Below, piece by piece: positions 19,651 to 30,561 of a stretch of 64,000 nucleotides of DNA (position 1 is the stretch's first letter; every line of letters starts with the position of its first letter). The notes beneath the pieces were generated by a model that saw only the letters and a list, made by a program, of their open reading frames with translations, ran no database searches and had not been told where the DNA came from. The position numbers and the translations under genes are program-made. The DNA is taken from the NCBI GenBank assembly GCA_963669175.1, contig OY769902.1, positions 3,424,001-3,488,000 on the forward strand. The letters are read 5' to 3'. Origin of the DNA: a bacterium. GTDB taxonomy: Bacteria > Electryoneota > Electryoneia > Electryoneales > Electryoneaceae.

Positions 19651-20793
19651 ATGAGCAAGTGGATACCGAAAGACAACGAAGTCGCTGACCTGCAAACTGA
19701 AGTCCTGGCATGGTACAGCAGGAACGCTCGCGATTTGCCCTGGCGGCATACACGTGAGCCTTATGCCATCCTTGTTTCAGAGATCATGTTGCAGCAGACG
19801 CGCGTAGATACGGTTATCCCCTTTTACAACAGGTTCTTGACGGCCTTTCCTGATCTACAGGCGCTGGCTGAAGCGGATGAACAGAAACTACTGAAACTTT
19901 GGGAAGGACTTGGCTACTATCGCAGAGCCAGAAACCTGCAGAAGGCGGCAATCGAAATTGTCCGAAAGTATAATGGCAACTTCCCGAAAGATGCTGACAG
20001 TATACGAACGCTTCCGGGAATTGGCGCGTACACTTCAGGCGCAATTGCGAGTATCGCTTTCGGAATCACAATTCCGGCAGTGGACGGCAATGTGCTTCGT
20101 GTTTATGCGCGGTTGTTCAGAATCATGGAGTCCATTGATACAACCAGAACGAAACAGTCAATCGAAGGACTTGCCGCCAGACTTGTATCACCGGAACAAC
20201 CGGGTGACTACAACCAGGCTATCATGGAAATCGGCGCCCTGCTATGTCAGAAAAACAGCACAAAATGCCAGCAATGCCCTGTACAAAAGTATTGCCGCGC
20301 GTTCGCAGAAAACCTTCAAAACGACCTTCCCGTTCGCACACCGAAAAGTAAGCCCCCGTTAAAAACAGGGTTGGCGTTCTATATCGAGAATGACCAAGGT
20401 GAAATTCTTCTGGTCAAACGTCCTGACGATATAATGCTGGGCGGTATGTGGGAATTACCAACTATTGTGCTGACTGCCAAAACTGATAAAAATGAAACGT
20501 GTCAAAGGGTTGCAGCTTTTCTGAAGATGTCACCGGAAACCTCGTGTTTACCGGTAGTACAAATCAAACATGCCTACAGCCATTTTTCATTATCACTGAA
20601 CGGATTCAGACTTCTGCGCAATCAGATCAGAATGCCTGAAAACGGTGCTATATTCGAACTGTTTCACTGTGATAAGGTTGCCTGGTGCAATCCTGATAAC
20701 CTCGCAGAGTATCCTGTCCATCAAGCTCAACGCAAATTATTAGAAGCGTTTCGATCTCAAGCAATTACCCCTGATCTGTTCGATCAGAGCTAA
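19651..20793 (+). CDS. mutY: A/G-specific adenine glycosylase
   Basis: RDLPWR, VSEIMLQQT, WEGLGYY, LPGIGAYT, VDGNV, 4Fe-4S Cys cluster and a C-terminal NUDIX-like domain. Confidence 0.95.
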   Translation: MSKWIPKDNEVADLQTEVLAWYSRNARDLPWRHTREPYAILVSEIMLQQTRVDTVIPFYNRFLTAFPDLQALAEADEQKLLKLWEGLGYYRRARNLQKAAIEIVRKYNGNFPKDADSIRTLPGIGAYTSGAIASIAFGITIPAVDGNVLRVYARLFRIMESIDTTRTKQSIEGLAARLVSPEQPGDYNQAIMEIGALLCQKNSTKCQQCPVQKYCRAFAENLQNDLPVRTPKSKPPLKTGLAFYIENDQGEILLVKRPDDIMLGGMWELPTIVLTAKTDKNETCQRVAAFLKMSPETSCLPVVQIKHAYSHFSLSLNGFRLLRNQIRMPENGAIFELFHCDKVAWCNPDNLAEYPVHQAQRKLLEAFRSQAITPDLFDQS

Positions 20794-20849
20794 AAAGCCG
20801 GCCCAAATGGACCGGCTTAAAAATAGATTTCTATCGGGATGAAGCAGTA

Positions 20850-23800
20850 CTAGGCTTTTTCAGCTTCCAACCGCTTGCGTTCGCCTTTGGCTTCCATGGA
20901 CGCAAACAGGACAGGAATCAATACCAGCGCCAGAACTGTCGATACGATCAAACCACCAATCGCCACAATCGCCATCGCACTACGAAAGTCGCCACCCTTA
21001 CCAATCCCCAACGCCAGCGGAAGCATACCGAGTACGGTTGCAACTGTGGACATCAGGATAGGACGCAGCCTTATGGGGCAGGCTTCAAGTATCGCTTCAA
21101 TCAAACCATAGCCGCGTTGGCGCAACTGAGCCGTATAGTCGATCAACAGAATACCGTTGTTTACCACGATACCGACAAGCATGATGATCGCCATCATGGA
21201 AACCATGGAAATCGGCTTGCCTGTCATCACCAGCGACATGGATACACCGATCAACGCCAACGGAAGCGTGGTCATAATAATGAACGGGAACCTGTAACTT
21301 TCAAGGATCGCAGCCAGAAGCATATAGGTCAGGATGACAGCCAGGATCAACGCCTGAAACATACTGGCGAATGATTCGGCCATCATTTCCGACATACCGC
21401 CGAAATAAGCCGTTACACCTGAAGGCAATACAGGGCTTGGTCTGGCGCCAACACTACTTGTACCGCTAAGCATATCACGCATCTGCTGTGAAGGCGGAAT
21501 TTGTTCGAGCTGCAGGTTCTCCTCAATCATCTTCTGCAATTCGCCCATTGTACCAGAAGCAACATTGGCTGAAACGGTAACCATACGCTGTTTGTTCTTA
21601 CGGGTTAGCTGTGTCGGCCCTGTGCCATACTCAATCCGTCCCAGATCTTTTAACGGTACAAAGCCTTTCGCGCTGGGAATCAGGATATCGCCAACACGAT
21701 CAATCTGATTACGGTCCAGTGAATCAAGCTGCACGCGAACGTCGTATTCATCGCCACCTTCACGATAGCGAGTCCCTACGCCACCTTCGTACAGCGTACG
21801 CAGTGTCATGGCAATATCTGTAACCGCAACTCCCACGTCCTGTAACCGTACCCGATCCGGATAAACCACGACTTCCGGTTTACCGATTACCCAGTCACTG
21901 CGAACATCAACAGCACGTCCGGTTGCCTGGACAAGAGCGATTGTCTTCTCGGCAGCTTCAGCCAGATCATCCGAATTACTGCCCTGGAGCTGAAGTTCAA
22001 TATCAGAAGATGATCCACCACCACCCATCATTGAACGCTCGGCCAGAACAATTGATGCTGAAGGAATATCCGCAAGCCTTGGACGAAGTTCCTTCAACAA
22101 ATCTGAAGTTGCCTGGAAAGGTTTGCCGTCCGAGGAAGCATTGGCATCATACAAGTTGACCAGAACGGTGCCATACTGAACACCTGTCGCGCCGCCCATG
22201 CCGCCTGCATTATTAGTTCCCAATGAGGTATAGACCTTTTCTACTTCCGGGAACTTGTTGACTTCTTCTTCGATGCGCTTCAAAACCCTGTTGGTCTCTT
22301 CCAACCTGGTTCCGGCAGGCATCTCAAGAGCCACACTGAACATGCGCTGATCACTGCTTGGGAAAAATTCCGATCCGATGAAACCGAACAGGAATAGCCC
22401 AAACACGAACATAATCCCAACGATCCCCAGCACTATCCACCTGTGCCCTAAAGACCATTTGAGAACATTGCGATAATCGTCCGCCAGTTCATCGTACCAA
22501 CTATCCCATAGCTTGCTGAACTTCTTCACCAGCCCAAGACGTTCTGCTATGACCATAATCAGAACTACAACCGACGTGATGACTGTGGCGATTGTACCCA
22601 GGAAGAAATAAACCGCGCCAACCATGATAATGGCAGCGAAAACGTAGACATTTGCCTTGATCTTGCGCGACGCCATCATCGGGGTCAGGGTGAAACTGAT
22701 CAGCAGGGAGAAAATGGTTGCGAATGCAACCGTAAGCCCGAACTGACGAAAAATCGGCCCGATAATCCCGGCCATAAAGGCCATCGGGGTAAATACTACA
22801 ACATTCGTCAGGGTTGATGCCGCAACTGCAATAGCGACTTCGCTTGTGCCCTGTGAAGCTGCAGTGGCCTGGTCGAGTCCTTCTTTCACTCGCAAGCGTT
22901 CAATATTCTCTAGCACCACAATGGCGTTTACAACAAGAATACCTACTGAAATTGACAATCCCATCAGAGACATCATGTTCAGGGTAAATCCGGCCGCATC
23001 AACCAGTACGAATGTCGAAATAATGGATACAGGCATTGCCACAGCAGCGATAATGGTGCCACGCCAGCTATGGAGAAACATGAACAGAACAATAGCCGTG
23101 AACAGAATACCAAGCACCAGGTTGCTGGAAACGTCCGCAACCGAATTCTTGATAAAGTCGCTGGTATCGTTTGCCACTTCAATCTTTACGCCTTCCGGCA
23201 AAACAGATTTCATCCTTGCCAGAGTAGCATAGACATCGTTGGCAATCTGAACCGTATTCGCGTCACTCTGTTTGACCAGGTCCAGACCGATCGTCTCCAC
23301 ACCGTTGAACCAGGCCATATCGCGACGTTCTTCGAAATCATCAATGATCGTGGCTATGCTGCTCAACGGAATTTCACCTGAAGAGGTCTGAATCCGTGTA
23401 TTGGCAATCTCCTGGACAGATGTGTACTCACCGTCCACTCGCAACGTATACTCTTTGCGGCCGGACAGAATACGCCCTGAAGGAAGTGTCAGGTTTGACT
23501 GGGCTAATGCTGCTGAAATCTGCAACGGGCTGAGTCCATAAGCGCGCAGTTTCTGGTTGGAAACGACAACCTTGATTTCACGCTCTTTGGCGCCAAGCAC
23601 GTCAACACTCGCCAGACCTGATATCTTTGCGAGTTCAGGTTTGATCGTCTTGTCGACGAGAACATACAAGTCTTCCAGCGGATATGGACCTGTTACTGCA
23701 AGACTGATAATGGCTTCCGCGCCCATATCAAACTTCTGAACAACCGGTTCCTCAATATCATCCGGCAAATTCGTACGAATTCCATCAATTTTATCTTTGA

Positions 23801-24122
23801 TATCAATTGCTCGGATATCAACATCTTCTCCCAGTTGCAGCTCGACGATGATCATACCAACGCCTTCCTGGGCAACTGAGAACAGGTTCTTTACACCACT
23901 AACCGCACTGACTTCCTCTTCCATCGGCTTGTTCAGCAGTGTCTCGATTTCCTCCGGTCCTGCACCGGGATAAATCGTCATTACTGTGACGTAAGGCAGG
24001 TCAATCTCGGGCATCAAGTCTATCCCGAGCCGCCCCATGCTGAAGAAACCGATCACAACGAACGTCATGACCACCATCGTCATCATGACTGGTCGTTTGA
24101 TCGAAATATCTGAAAGTACCAT
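20850..24122 (-). CDS. RND efflux permease (AcrB/HAE1 family)
   Basis: SIKRPV, YPGAGPEEIE, GILVVNAIVVLENI, GIVVNNGILLID and RLRPILM motifs. Confidence 0.95.
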   Translation of the reverse strand: MVLSDISIKRPVMMTMVVMTFVVIGFFSMGRLGIDLMPEIDLPYVTVMTIYPGAGPEEIETLLNKPMEEEVSAVSGVKNLFSVAQEGVGMIIVELQLGEDVDIRAIDIKDKIDGIRTNLPDDIEEPVVQKFDMGAEAIISLAVTGPYPLEDLYVLVDKTIKPELAKISGLASVDVLGAKEREIKVVVSNQKLRAYGLSPLQISAALAQSNLTLPSGRILSGRKEYTLRVDGEYTSVQEIANTRIQTSSGEIPLSSIATIIDDFEERRDMAWFNGVETIGLDLVKQSDANTVQIANDVYATLARMKSVLPEGVKIEVANDTSDFIKNSVADVSSNLVLGILFTAIVLFMFLHSWRGTIIAAVAMPVSIISTFVLVDAAGFTLNMMSLMGLSISVGILVVNAIVVLENIERLRVKEGLDQATAASQGTSEVAIAVAASTLTNVVVFTPMAFMAGIIGPIFRQFGLTVAFATIFSLLISFTLTPMMASRKIKANVYVFAAIIMVGAVYFFLGTIATVITSVVVLIMVIAERLGLVKKFSKLWDSWYDELADDYRNVLKWSLGHRWIVLGIVGIMFVFGLFLFGFIGSEFFPSSDQRMFSVALEMPAGTRLEETNRVLKRIEEEVNKFPEVEKVYTSLGTNNAGGMGGATGVQYGTVLVNLYDANASSDGKPFQATSDLLKELRPRLADIPSASIVLAERSMMGGGGSSSDIELQLQGSNSDDLAEAAEKTIALVQATGRAVDVRSDWVIGKPEVVVYPDRVRLQDVGVAVTDIAMTLRTLYEGGVGTRYREGGDEYDVRVQLDSLDRNQIDRVGDILIPSAKGFVPLKDLGRIEYGTGPTQLTRKNKQRMVTVSANVASGTMGELQKMIEENLQLEQIPPSQQMRDMLSGTSSVGARPSPVLPSGVTAYFGGMSEMMAESFASMFQALILAVILTYMLLAAILESYRFPFIIMTTLPLALIGVSMSLVMTGKPISMVSMMAIIMLVGIVVNNGILLIDYTAQLRQRGYGLIEAILEACPIRLRPILMSTVATVLGMLPLALGIGKGGDFRSAMAIVAIGGLIVSTVLALVLIPVLFASMEAKGERKRLEAEKA

Positions 24123-24155
24123 GTAACCGTGTCCTCTTGGGATCGTTCGGAATTA

Positions 24156-25217
24156 TCAGCCCTTGCCGTTCTCGCTGACGATTTTCACCTTGTCGCCTTC
24201 CTGCAAAGTGGCGTGACCATATATCGCAATGGTCTGTCCCTCGTTTAGACCGGCAATTACTTCAACATCCTGGCCGCCACGGAGACCAAGGTTTACATCC
24301 TGGAAAGTTGCATGACCATTGTCAATGACAACCAGGAAAGGGCCGTCACCACGGTCAAGAACAGCTTCCTGGGGAACGGCGATAACATCATCCTTGCTGT
24401 CAACAGTAACATCGACAACAACCAGCATTCCGGAATGGAATCCTTCTGTCGCGGGGATAACAGCCTTCACCGGAAACAACCTGCTACCGGATGCTGTAGA
24501 GATACTCACTTCAGTGATCTTTCCCGCAACCCCACCATGTGCTTCCGAAGAAAGCCGTACCTGAACAGTCTGCCCCACGCGCAGATTCTTACGATCTTCA
24601 CTGGAAACATTGAAGGTCACTTCAAGACGTTGCTGGGTGAGAATAGTAAGTGCCACTTCACCGGGTGCAGGAACTTGACCTTCCTGAATACTCACCAGGG
24701 AGACGCGTCCCGCCTTCGGTGCAGTAGCGCGCACCATACTTTGAGCGCTGCGAAGGTTCTCTGCTGCAATCAACCAGGCCATCTTTGTCTTCTCAAAATT
24801 CTGCTGGCTGATCGCGCCTGATTCCAACAACGCCTTCATACGGTTGTAATCCGCTTCGGCATCGTTGGCGGCAAGACGCTGCTGATATACCGCCGATTGA
24901 CTGGAAGTTGTATCCAGTTCAAAAAGCAGTTGCCCTTCTTCCACCCAGTCACCGGCATCCACGTACAGCTTGACAACTCGGTCACCAAGTTTCGTGGGAA
25001 CTTCTATTTCGCCCATTGAACGAAGATCACCGTAGAAGCTCTGGGTCTGGTAGACATTGGACCGGGTCGCAGGTTCTGCAAGCACCGGAACGCCTTCTTC
25101 ACGCTGGATCTTCTTTATGCTCTTCACTTCTTCGGTCTGTTGCGACCTTAAAACACCCAAGGTCAAAAAAACGATTATAACTGCAACAACACCGATGCCA
25201 AGAAATTTCTTGATCAT
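24156..25217 (-). CDS. RND periplasmic adaptor (MFP)
   Basis: Lipoyl-like V..GD.V..GQ.L motif, helical hairpin and C-terminal V.LG.....VEV..GL. Confidence 0.9.
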   Translation of the reverse strand: MIKKFLGIGVVAVIIVFLTLGVLRSQQTEEVKSIKKIQREEGVPVLAEPATRSNVYQTQSFYGDLRSMGEIEVPTKLGDRVVKLYVDAGDWVEEGQLLFELDTTSSQSAVYQQRLAANDAEADYNRMKALLESGAISQQNFEKTKMAWLIAAENLRSAQSMVRATAPKAGRVSLVSIQEGQVPAPGEVALTILTQQRLEVTFNVSSEDRKNLRVGQTVQVRLSSEAHGGVAGKITEVSISTASGSRLFPVKAVIPATEGFHSGMLVVVDVTVDSKDDVIAVPQEAVLDRGDGPFLVVIDNGHATFQDVNLGLRGGQDVEVIAGLNEGQTIAIYGHATLQEGDKVKIVSENGKG

Positions 25218-25235
25218 GATCTGCCTCTATCCCTG

Positions 25236-26627
25236 CTATTCCGTGTCCGACACAGAAAAATGACGACCCGTTGCACGGTCGAACTCCGCTCTTGCAACAC
25301 GAAGATTGTATTTCGCGTTCAGCACGTTCGCCTTGCTTCCACTTAATGCCTGGTGCGCATCGAGCACTTCCAACTGCGTACCTACTCCCTCTTTATACCT
25401 GACCTGTGCAATATCATAGCCACGTTCGGCCAGGTTGCGGGCATCAAGCGCTGCCTTTAACTGTTCCTGCGCTTTCTCGTATTCACGTTGCGCAGCATAC
25501 ACCTGCAACTGAACACCTCGCTCCAATTGCGATCGTTGCCGCATCGTGTTGCGAACATCAACCTTTGCCTGTTGAGCCTTGTGGTAAGATGAAAGACCAT
25601 CAAACAAAGGAATACTAACTCCTACCAAAGCGCCATAACCACCCAGAAATTCATACTTCGGGAAATTCATGTCTTCGCTCTGTGCGGTTGTCGACCAGGA
25701 CAACTGAGCGAAGAAGTTTGGCCACAACCAACTTCTATTGTAGACCTTCTCCTGGATTTTATACAGGTTGATACTGTGGTCCAGTTGACGAAATTCCACA
25801 CGCTGGCTGGTTGCCAATTGAACCGCATCATCATAAGCCAGCAATAATTCGCCCGAGTCTTCCAGTTCACCTTCAACAACAACTTCTTTGTTCAGGTTGA
25901 TGCCAAGAAGATTCTTCAGAGCCTTGTAAGAGAGATCAACATTTGTCGCGGCTGCCGTGACCTGCGGACGCATGTTGGCAACCATCACTTCCGAACGGAT
26001 CAGGTCGTATTCACTCACCATACCCTGATCATTCATGGATTTGACTTGTTCGAAATATGCTTTACTCTGTTCGAACGATTCCAATGTGACTTCCAAAGCC
26101 TCTTCAGCGAGCACAGTCGCATAGAAAGCTTCTGTCAGGCTCACACGCAAATCTTCACGTGCAACATCAACACTAAGTTCACTCAGGTTTCGGTATTCTT
26201 TCGCCGCTTTCAAGCCCAAACCAACTTTCCCACCGGCCCATAAAGTCTGATTCAATTCAACACTTGTTGTGGCAATATTCTCCATGCCCTGTTGAATTTT
26301 TAAACGTAAAGGTCCAAGGCTTTGCCCGGTTGTCGGGTCAATATTCATCTCTGCGGGCAATACCATGACGGACTTGGGAATCTCGAAGTAATGCTGGAAT
26401 GCCCCGGTCGCAGTGACTGTCGGCAAGGCAGCAGACCACGCTTCTCCTACTTGTTCGTCCGCACGAACCAGCTCATCACGTGCAGTCGCGTAGGATTCGT
26501 TCTTTTCCTGTGCAAGCTCCCATGCCTTGTCCCATGTCAGCACAAGAACATCTTCCTGCGCAATCGCTGAGGTAACAAAAAATAATGTTAAAAACAGCAA
26601 CGGGAGATGCAAAAATCTAACGTGCAT
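25236..26627 (-). CDS. TolC-family outer membrane efflux protein
   Basis: Signal peptide, LP.V, IPLFDG and RY.EGVGTQLEVLDA motifs. Confidence 0.9.
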   Translation of the reverse strand: MHVRFLHLPLLFLTLFFVTSAIAQEDVLVLTWDKAWELAQEKNESYATARDELVRADEQVGEAWSAALPTVTATGAFQHYFEIPKSVMVLPAEMNIDPTTGQSLGPLRLKIQQGMENIATTSVELNQTLWAGGKVGLGLKAAKEYRNLSELSVDVAREDLRVSLTEAFYATVLAEEALEVTLESFEQSKAYFEQVKSMNDQGMVSEYDLIRSEVMVANMRPQVTAAATNVDLSYKALKNLLGINLNKEVVVEGELEDSGELLLAYDDAVQLATSQRVEFRQLDHSINLYKIQEKVYNRSWLWPNFFAQLSWSTTAQSEDMNFPKYEFLGGYGALVGVSIPLFDGLSSYHKAQQAKVDVRNTMRQRSQLERGVQLQVYAAQREYEKAQEQLKAALDARNLAERGYDIAQVRYKEGVGTQLEVLDAHQALSGSKANVLNAKYNLRVARAEFDRATGRHFSVSDTE

Positions 26628-27252
26628 CTATCCTCCCTGAATTATCTCTTTGCTTAACCATGTCTGTCTCTGCATCTTGAATAAAGTAACTTCCGAAAAG
26701 TGCATCCACGATCTCAACGCTTGATGGGAAGCCTCCTTTGTACATATCCTCGAGAAGAATCGTAACATCCGGCTCAACGTCAAAAATGTGCAAAAGCAAA
26801 GCATATGCCTGAACATCTAATGGTTTTAAACGTCCATCAGCTATCGCTTCTGAAAGCTTTTGTTTAACAATTTCTATCCTTGTACGCATATAATCTGCTA
26901 TAATATCTCTGATTACAGGCAAAAAGTCCTTAAGTTCACCCAAAATCACATAATTCGCTTTATGCATGGCCCTGTTATGAGAGATCGCCTGCTCAACATA
27001 ACTCGAAAGACACGTCCTGATATCATCACTGCTATAAAGAGCTGTCTTTCCCATCTCTATACTCTCGGACATATTCCCACCGATCACAGCCCTGAATATG
27101 TCTTCCTTGCTCTGGAAATAGTGATAAAGTGCCGTTTTACCAAGACCCACCTCTTTCGCTACATCGTCAAGAGTGGTTTTCTTATAACCGAATGTCTTGA
27201 ACAACCGCGACGCTACTTCCAGAATTTCCAAACGTCGATCAATCTTTTCCAT
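26617..27252 (-). CDS. TetR/AcrR-family regulator
   Basis: LF...GY.KTTLDDVA..VG..KTALYHYF.SKE. First gene of the efflux operon. Confidence 0.92.
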   Translation of the reverse strand: MEKIDRRLEILEVASRLFKTFGYKKTTLDDVAKEVGLGKTALYHYFQSKEDIFRAVIGGNMSESIEMGKTALYSSDDIRTCLSSYVEQAISHNRAMHKANYVILGELKDFLPVIRDIIADYMRTRIEIVKQKLSEAIADGRLKPLDVQAYALLLHIFDVEPDVTILLEDMYKGGFPSSVEIVDALFGSYFIQDAETDMVKQRDNSGRIDAR

Positions 27253-27420
27253 GCTTCTCCAGACGAATTGAACAAATCGTTAAAAAGTTCGGGCGAAGTA
27301 TACGGTTTTACCATGTGGCTGGCAATAAGTTTCCTCAAATTGGAACTCTGGAGACAATGGAAAAAAGTAGGAATGATCAAGGTTAGCAAGCTTTCTATGT
27401 GGGGAGAAGAACACAGCGTG

Positions 27421-27457
27421 AAAAACAACAACAGCCCCTTGATTGAGGCTGTTGTTG
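27421..27457 (-). terminator. Terminator after tRNA-Leu
   Basis: CAACAACAGCC...GGCTGTTGTTG hairpin with a T-tract on the minus strand. Confidence 0.65.
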
Positions 27458-27542
27458 GTGCCGAAGGAGGGACTCGAACCCTCACGTCCCGAAGGACACT
27501 GGTCCCTGAAACCAGCGCGTCTGCCAATTCCACCACTTCGGC
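27456..27542 (-). tRNA. tRNA-Leu (CAG)
   Basis: Reverse complement GCCGAAGTGGTGGAATTGGCAGACGCGCTGGTTTCAGGGACCAG...CCA. Confidence 0.95.
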
Positions 27543-27667
27543 TCACTACCGTAAGCAGGCGTCAAATGTAGAGCTAACACTTCGTGTTGTCAAGGGATTA
27601 TTTCATCAGGAGACTCCACAGGAAATTTCTTGACATTAATATCCCCAAGCAACAGAATATCTACACC

Positions 27668-28576
27668 TTACAAGACTCCCAGCATTTCTACAAGCTTCTG
27701 TGCATGCACTATGTGCGGCTCATATCTGTCACGCATTTCCTGCAATGCGGCTTTGCCAAAGGTGTTTTGCAACCGATGCGGTAAATGCTCACTCACTTGC
27801 ACAAAAGGCTCTTCCAGAACAAATTCAAATGGAGAAAGCGCGCTGGCGAATTGGAGAATCGCAGAATAGAATGCTAATTCTTCTGCCTGATCCGGCGCGT
27901 GATGAAAACGGATGATCCTGCACAGGTCTTCCGGGATCCCCCAACGATAAAGAAAAAGCGCTCCTACTGCCGAATGATCCATCCCAAGCTGTTCTATTTC
28001 ATACCGAACATCCCATGTGCCCAGTTCTTCTCGAATCTGGAGCATCATGCGCATCTGGTCATGAAACAGAAAATCTATCACAATCCAACCGATATTATGC
28101 AGCAAGCCCGCCAGGAACATATCCAGTCCGGGATTTGCCTGGATCTCTTTTCGTACCTCAAAACTGCGAGCCAGAAAACCTGTTGCGAGCGCATGTCGCC
28201 AAAGTGATGTCCGGTCCAGTTTGTCGCTTTCCCATTCATCCAATGCCCGCATCATTCCCGTGCTGACACAGACCTCAATAACAGAGTTCAGCCCTATCGT
28301 CATAATGGATTGTTCCAATGAACTGGCGGGGTAACGACGCGAATACAAAGCAGAATTGGCCACCCGCATGATCCTGGCAGCCAAGGGAGGGTCTGTCTGA
28401 ATGATCTTCTTCAACTCATTGATGCTGGCGTCAGGCTCTTTTGCCAGCGATACCACTCGCATGGCAACAGCCGGCAAAGTCGGAAGCGTTTCAACTGATT
28501 CAATAGCGTGAATCGTACTCCTGCGTAATGCTTTCAGATCATCCGTATTATTTTGGATTTGAGCATCCATAAACAC
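27668..28576 (-). CDS. HDOD-domain protein
   Basis: LPTLP, DPPLAARIMRVANSA, LWRHA, FLAGLLHNIG, E..LG.DH..VG and W..P motifs. Confidence 0.9.
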   Translation of the reverse strand: MFMDAQIQNNTDDLKALRRSTIHAIESVETLPTLPAVAMRVVSLAKEPDASINELKKIIQTDPPLAARIMRVANSALYSRRYPASSLEQSIMTIGLNSVIEVCVSTGMMRALDEWESDKLDRTSLWRHALATGFLARSFEVRKEIQANPGLDMFLAGLLHNIGWIVIDFLFHDQMRMMLQIREELGTWDVRYEIEQLGMDHSAVGALFLYRWGIPEDLCRIIRFHHAPDQAEELAFYSAILQFASALSPFEFVLEEPFVQVSEHLPHRLQNTFGKAALQEMRDRYEPHIVHAQKLVEMLGVL

Positions 28577-28585
28577 CCGCTACAA

Positions 28586-30259
28586 CTAGTTGTTCAAACA
28601 GCGCTTCATCACAACGTAAAACTCCTCGCCAAGGTCGCTGTTTAAATCGACCTTGCAACGGAAGAGCTCATTGGCAATGTATTGTTTGGCGCGATTCCAG
28701 TCGGGAGCACGAGAGATCTTATCTAAAAATGTTTCCAGCGCCTCCTCATTTCCACCATACATCTCTTCCACAATGCGGTTGTGAGTGTCGCCGCTACGTA
28801 AAGGTGTAAACCGGTCTTTCTTTACAGGTTTTACTGGTGTTTCGGAAACGACTGGCTTTGAGATCGCTGGTTTTACCGGTGGAGGCGTCTGCATTTCCTG
28901 TTTGACTGGATGACGTCTGGCGAAAGATGGTAAAGGTGCCGAAGCAGGAGTTTTTCGTATCGGAGCCGCTTCCTCTTCTTCAGTAAACTCCTCTTGAGGT
29001 TCTGCCGCAGGAATGCCAATCTCGAAATCATCAGCTACTTCTGGCGTGGACTCACGCTGAACGCTCCCGCCAATCTCTATATCACTCCACTCAGTATCTT
29101 CTTCAACAATCTCCTCTTCAGCTTCCTCTTCAACCTCTTCGGCAAAGCTGAATACATCATCACTGTCAAAATCATAGTCATCTTCAGGCGCTTCCGCTTC
29201 GCCTTCCTCTACAACACCGATGGCGAACTCTTCCTCTTCGTCTTCATAAAGGTCAACTTCAGGCGCTTCCGCTTCGATTATTGTGCGTGTATTGGTTTCA
29301 AGATCAACCTTTGGTTCTGGGGATTTATGCTTTTTTATCAAGCGTTCTTCTTCACCGGAACGCTGCATCCCCTGGAAAAGTCTTTCCAGTTTCTCATCAG
29401 GTACTTCCCTTATAGGAGCACTGACAGGCTCAATCATTTCGACCGGTTCAGGTTTTGGAGGTTCTGGCTCTTTTTGTTGAATCGTTTCTGATACCGAAGA
29501 ACGCCCAAGGCGGTCCAGTCCGGCCGATGAGGGCGCACTGGCAGCTTCACGTTTCCGAATCAGCGAATAACGCTTGACGATGCGGATCAGATCATCAGCC
29601 GTAGCCTCAGCAATGCCGACTTCGAGCTCCAGTTCCAGCGACCAGCTAAGTGTCTTTGCGCCTCGCTTGTCCGTCAACGCTTTCACATCCTGGAGAGAGA
29701 TCTTCTTCTTCCTATCCTCTACCCCAAGCGTTTCTACCAGGTCGATAATGGATTCACGAGGATGTGAAGTGGCCCAGGAATCATAGACCCCCTGGAGAAT
29801 TTCCAGGAATGAGCCACGATCCAGCATGGTCTGTGGCGGGATGGCAAGATCATTCACGACTGTCGCGACAATGCCTTTGAGGGATGTCTTGCGCAACACC
29901 GGCTCGATATCAGCCCAAGATGCAGTCACCCTGCGACGGAATACCTTATCGGCAAGCTTCTGGAACTCGCCGCCAGGCGCCGGTGGAAGTTCGTCTATGT
30001 AATCCTCGACAACTCGAATAACCTCAGAGGATTCAATTGTCCAGGCAAGCGCCATGGCATTGACTAGTTGACGCACTGCGTCATGTCTGGATAAATCCAG
30101 CTCACCATCACGTGCAAACACATCAGCACGGCGCACGGCTTCATCACGTGCCAGGTTATCCAGGCGAATACGAAGTTTTTCGGGGAGATCGCCCCAGACC
30201 CTGGGGGATATCCGTGCATCATTCTGATGGGTTTTCAACCAAGCATTCAGCTCGTCCAT
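28586..30259 (-). CDS. Hypothetical protein with long acidic/Pro-rich linker and small helical C-terminal domain
   Basis: SD GGAGG, long ORF with host-like codon usage. Confidence 0.75.
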   Translation of the reverse strand: MDELNAWLKTHQNDARISPRVWGDLPEKLRIRLDNLARDEAVRRADVFARDGELDLSRHDAVRQLVNAMALAWTIESSEVIRVVEDYIDELPPAPGGEFQKLADKVFRRRVTASWADIEPVLRKTSLKGIVATVVNDLAIPPQTMLDRGSFLEILQGVYDSWATSHPRESIIDLVETLGVEDRKKKISLQDVKALTDKRGAKTLSWSLELELEVGIAEATADDLIRIVKRYSLIRKREAASAPSSAGLDRLGRSSVSETIQQKEPEPPKPEPVEMIEPVSAPIREVPDEKLERLFQGMQRSGEEERLIKKHKSPEPKVDLETNTRTIIEAEAPEVDLYEDEEEEFAIGVVEEGEAEAPEDDYDFDSDDVFSFAEEVEEEAEEEIVEEDTEWSDIEIGGSVQRESTPEVADDFEIGIPAAEPQEEFTEEEEAAPIRKTPASAPLPSFARRHPVKQEMQTPPPVKPAISKPVVSETPVKPVKKDRFTPLRSGDTHNRIVEEMYGGNEEALETFLDKISRAPDWNRAKQYIANELFRCKVDLNSDLGEEFYVVMKRCLNN

Positions 30260-30534
30260 CAAACAGCCTCCCTAAGCGGACAAAAGACAGGATTCTACTG
30301 CCGAAACCGAATGTAGCTAACATACCAGTTATTCAACCTCCTTGGCAACCATTTAAGAAGTCCCTTTAAAGGAATCCGTGTCATGGGAGACTGTGCCCAG
30401 ATCAGGTCAACACACGTATTCTCGGGTAAAGATTGCCGTTGCTGGAAGTATTTTTCCTCATTGCCCCAAACGAATTGCCTCCGGTTGCCAGCGTATATAT
30501 AAGTAAAATAAAGAACAAGATTAATCAAGGTATG

Positions 30535-30551
30535 TTGGCATAATAATTGTC
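30535..30551 (+). promoter_or_regulatory. Possible sigma54 promoter (variant -12)
   Basis: TTGGCATAATAATTGTC is GG-N10-GT, preceded by an AT-rich tract. Confidence 0.4.
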
Positions 30552-30561
30552 ATTTCTTCAC

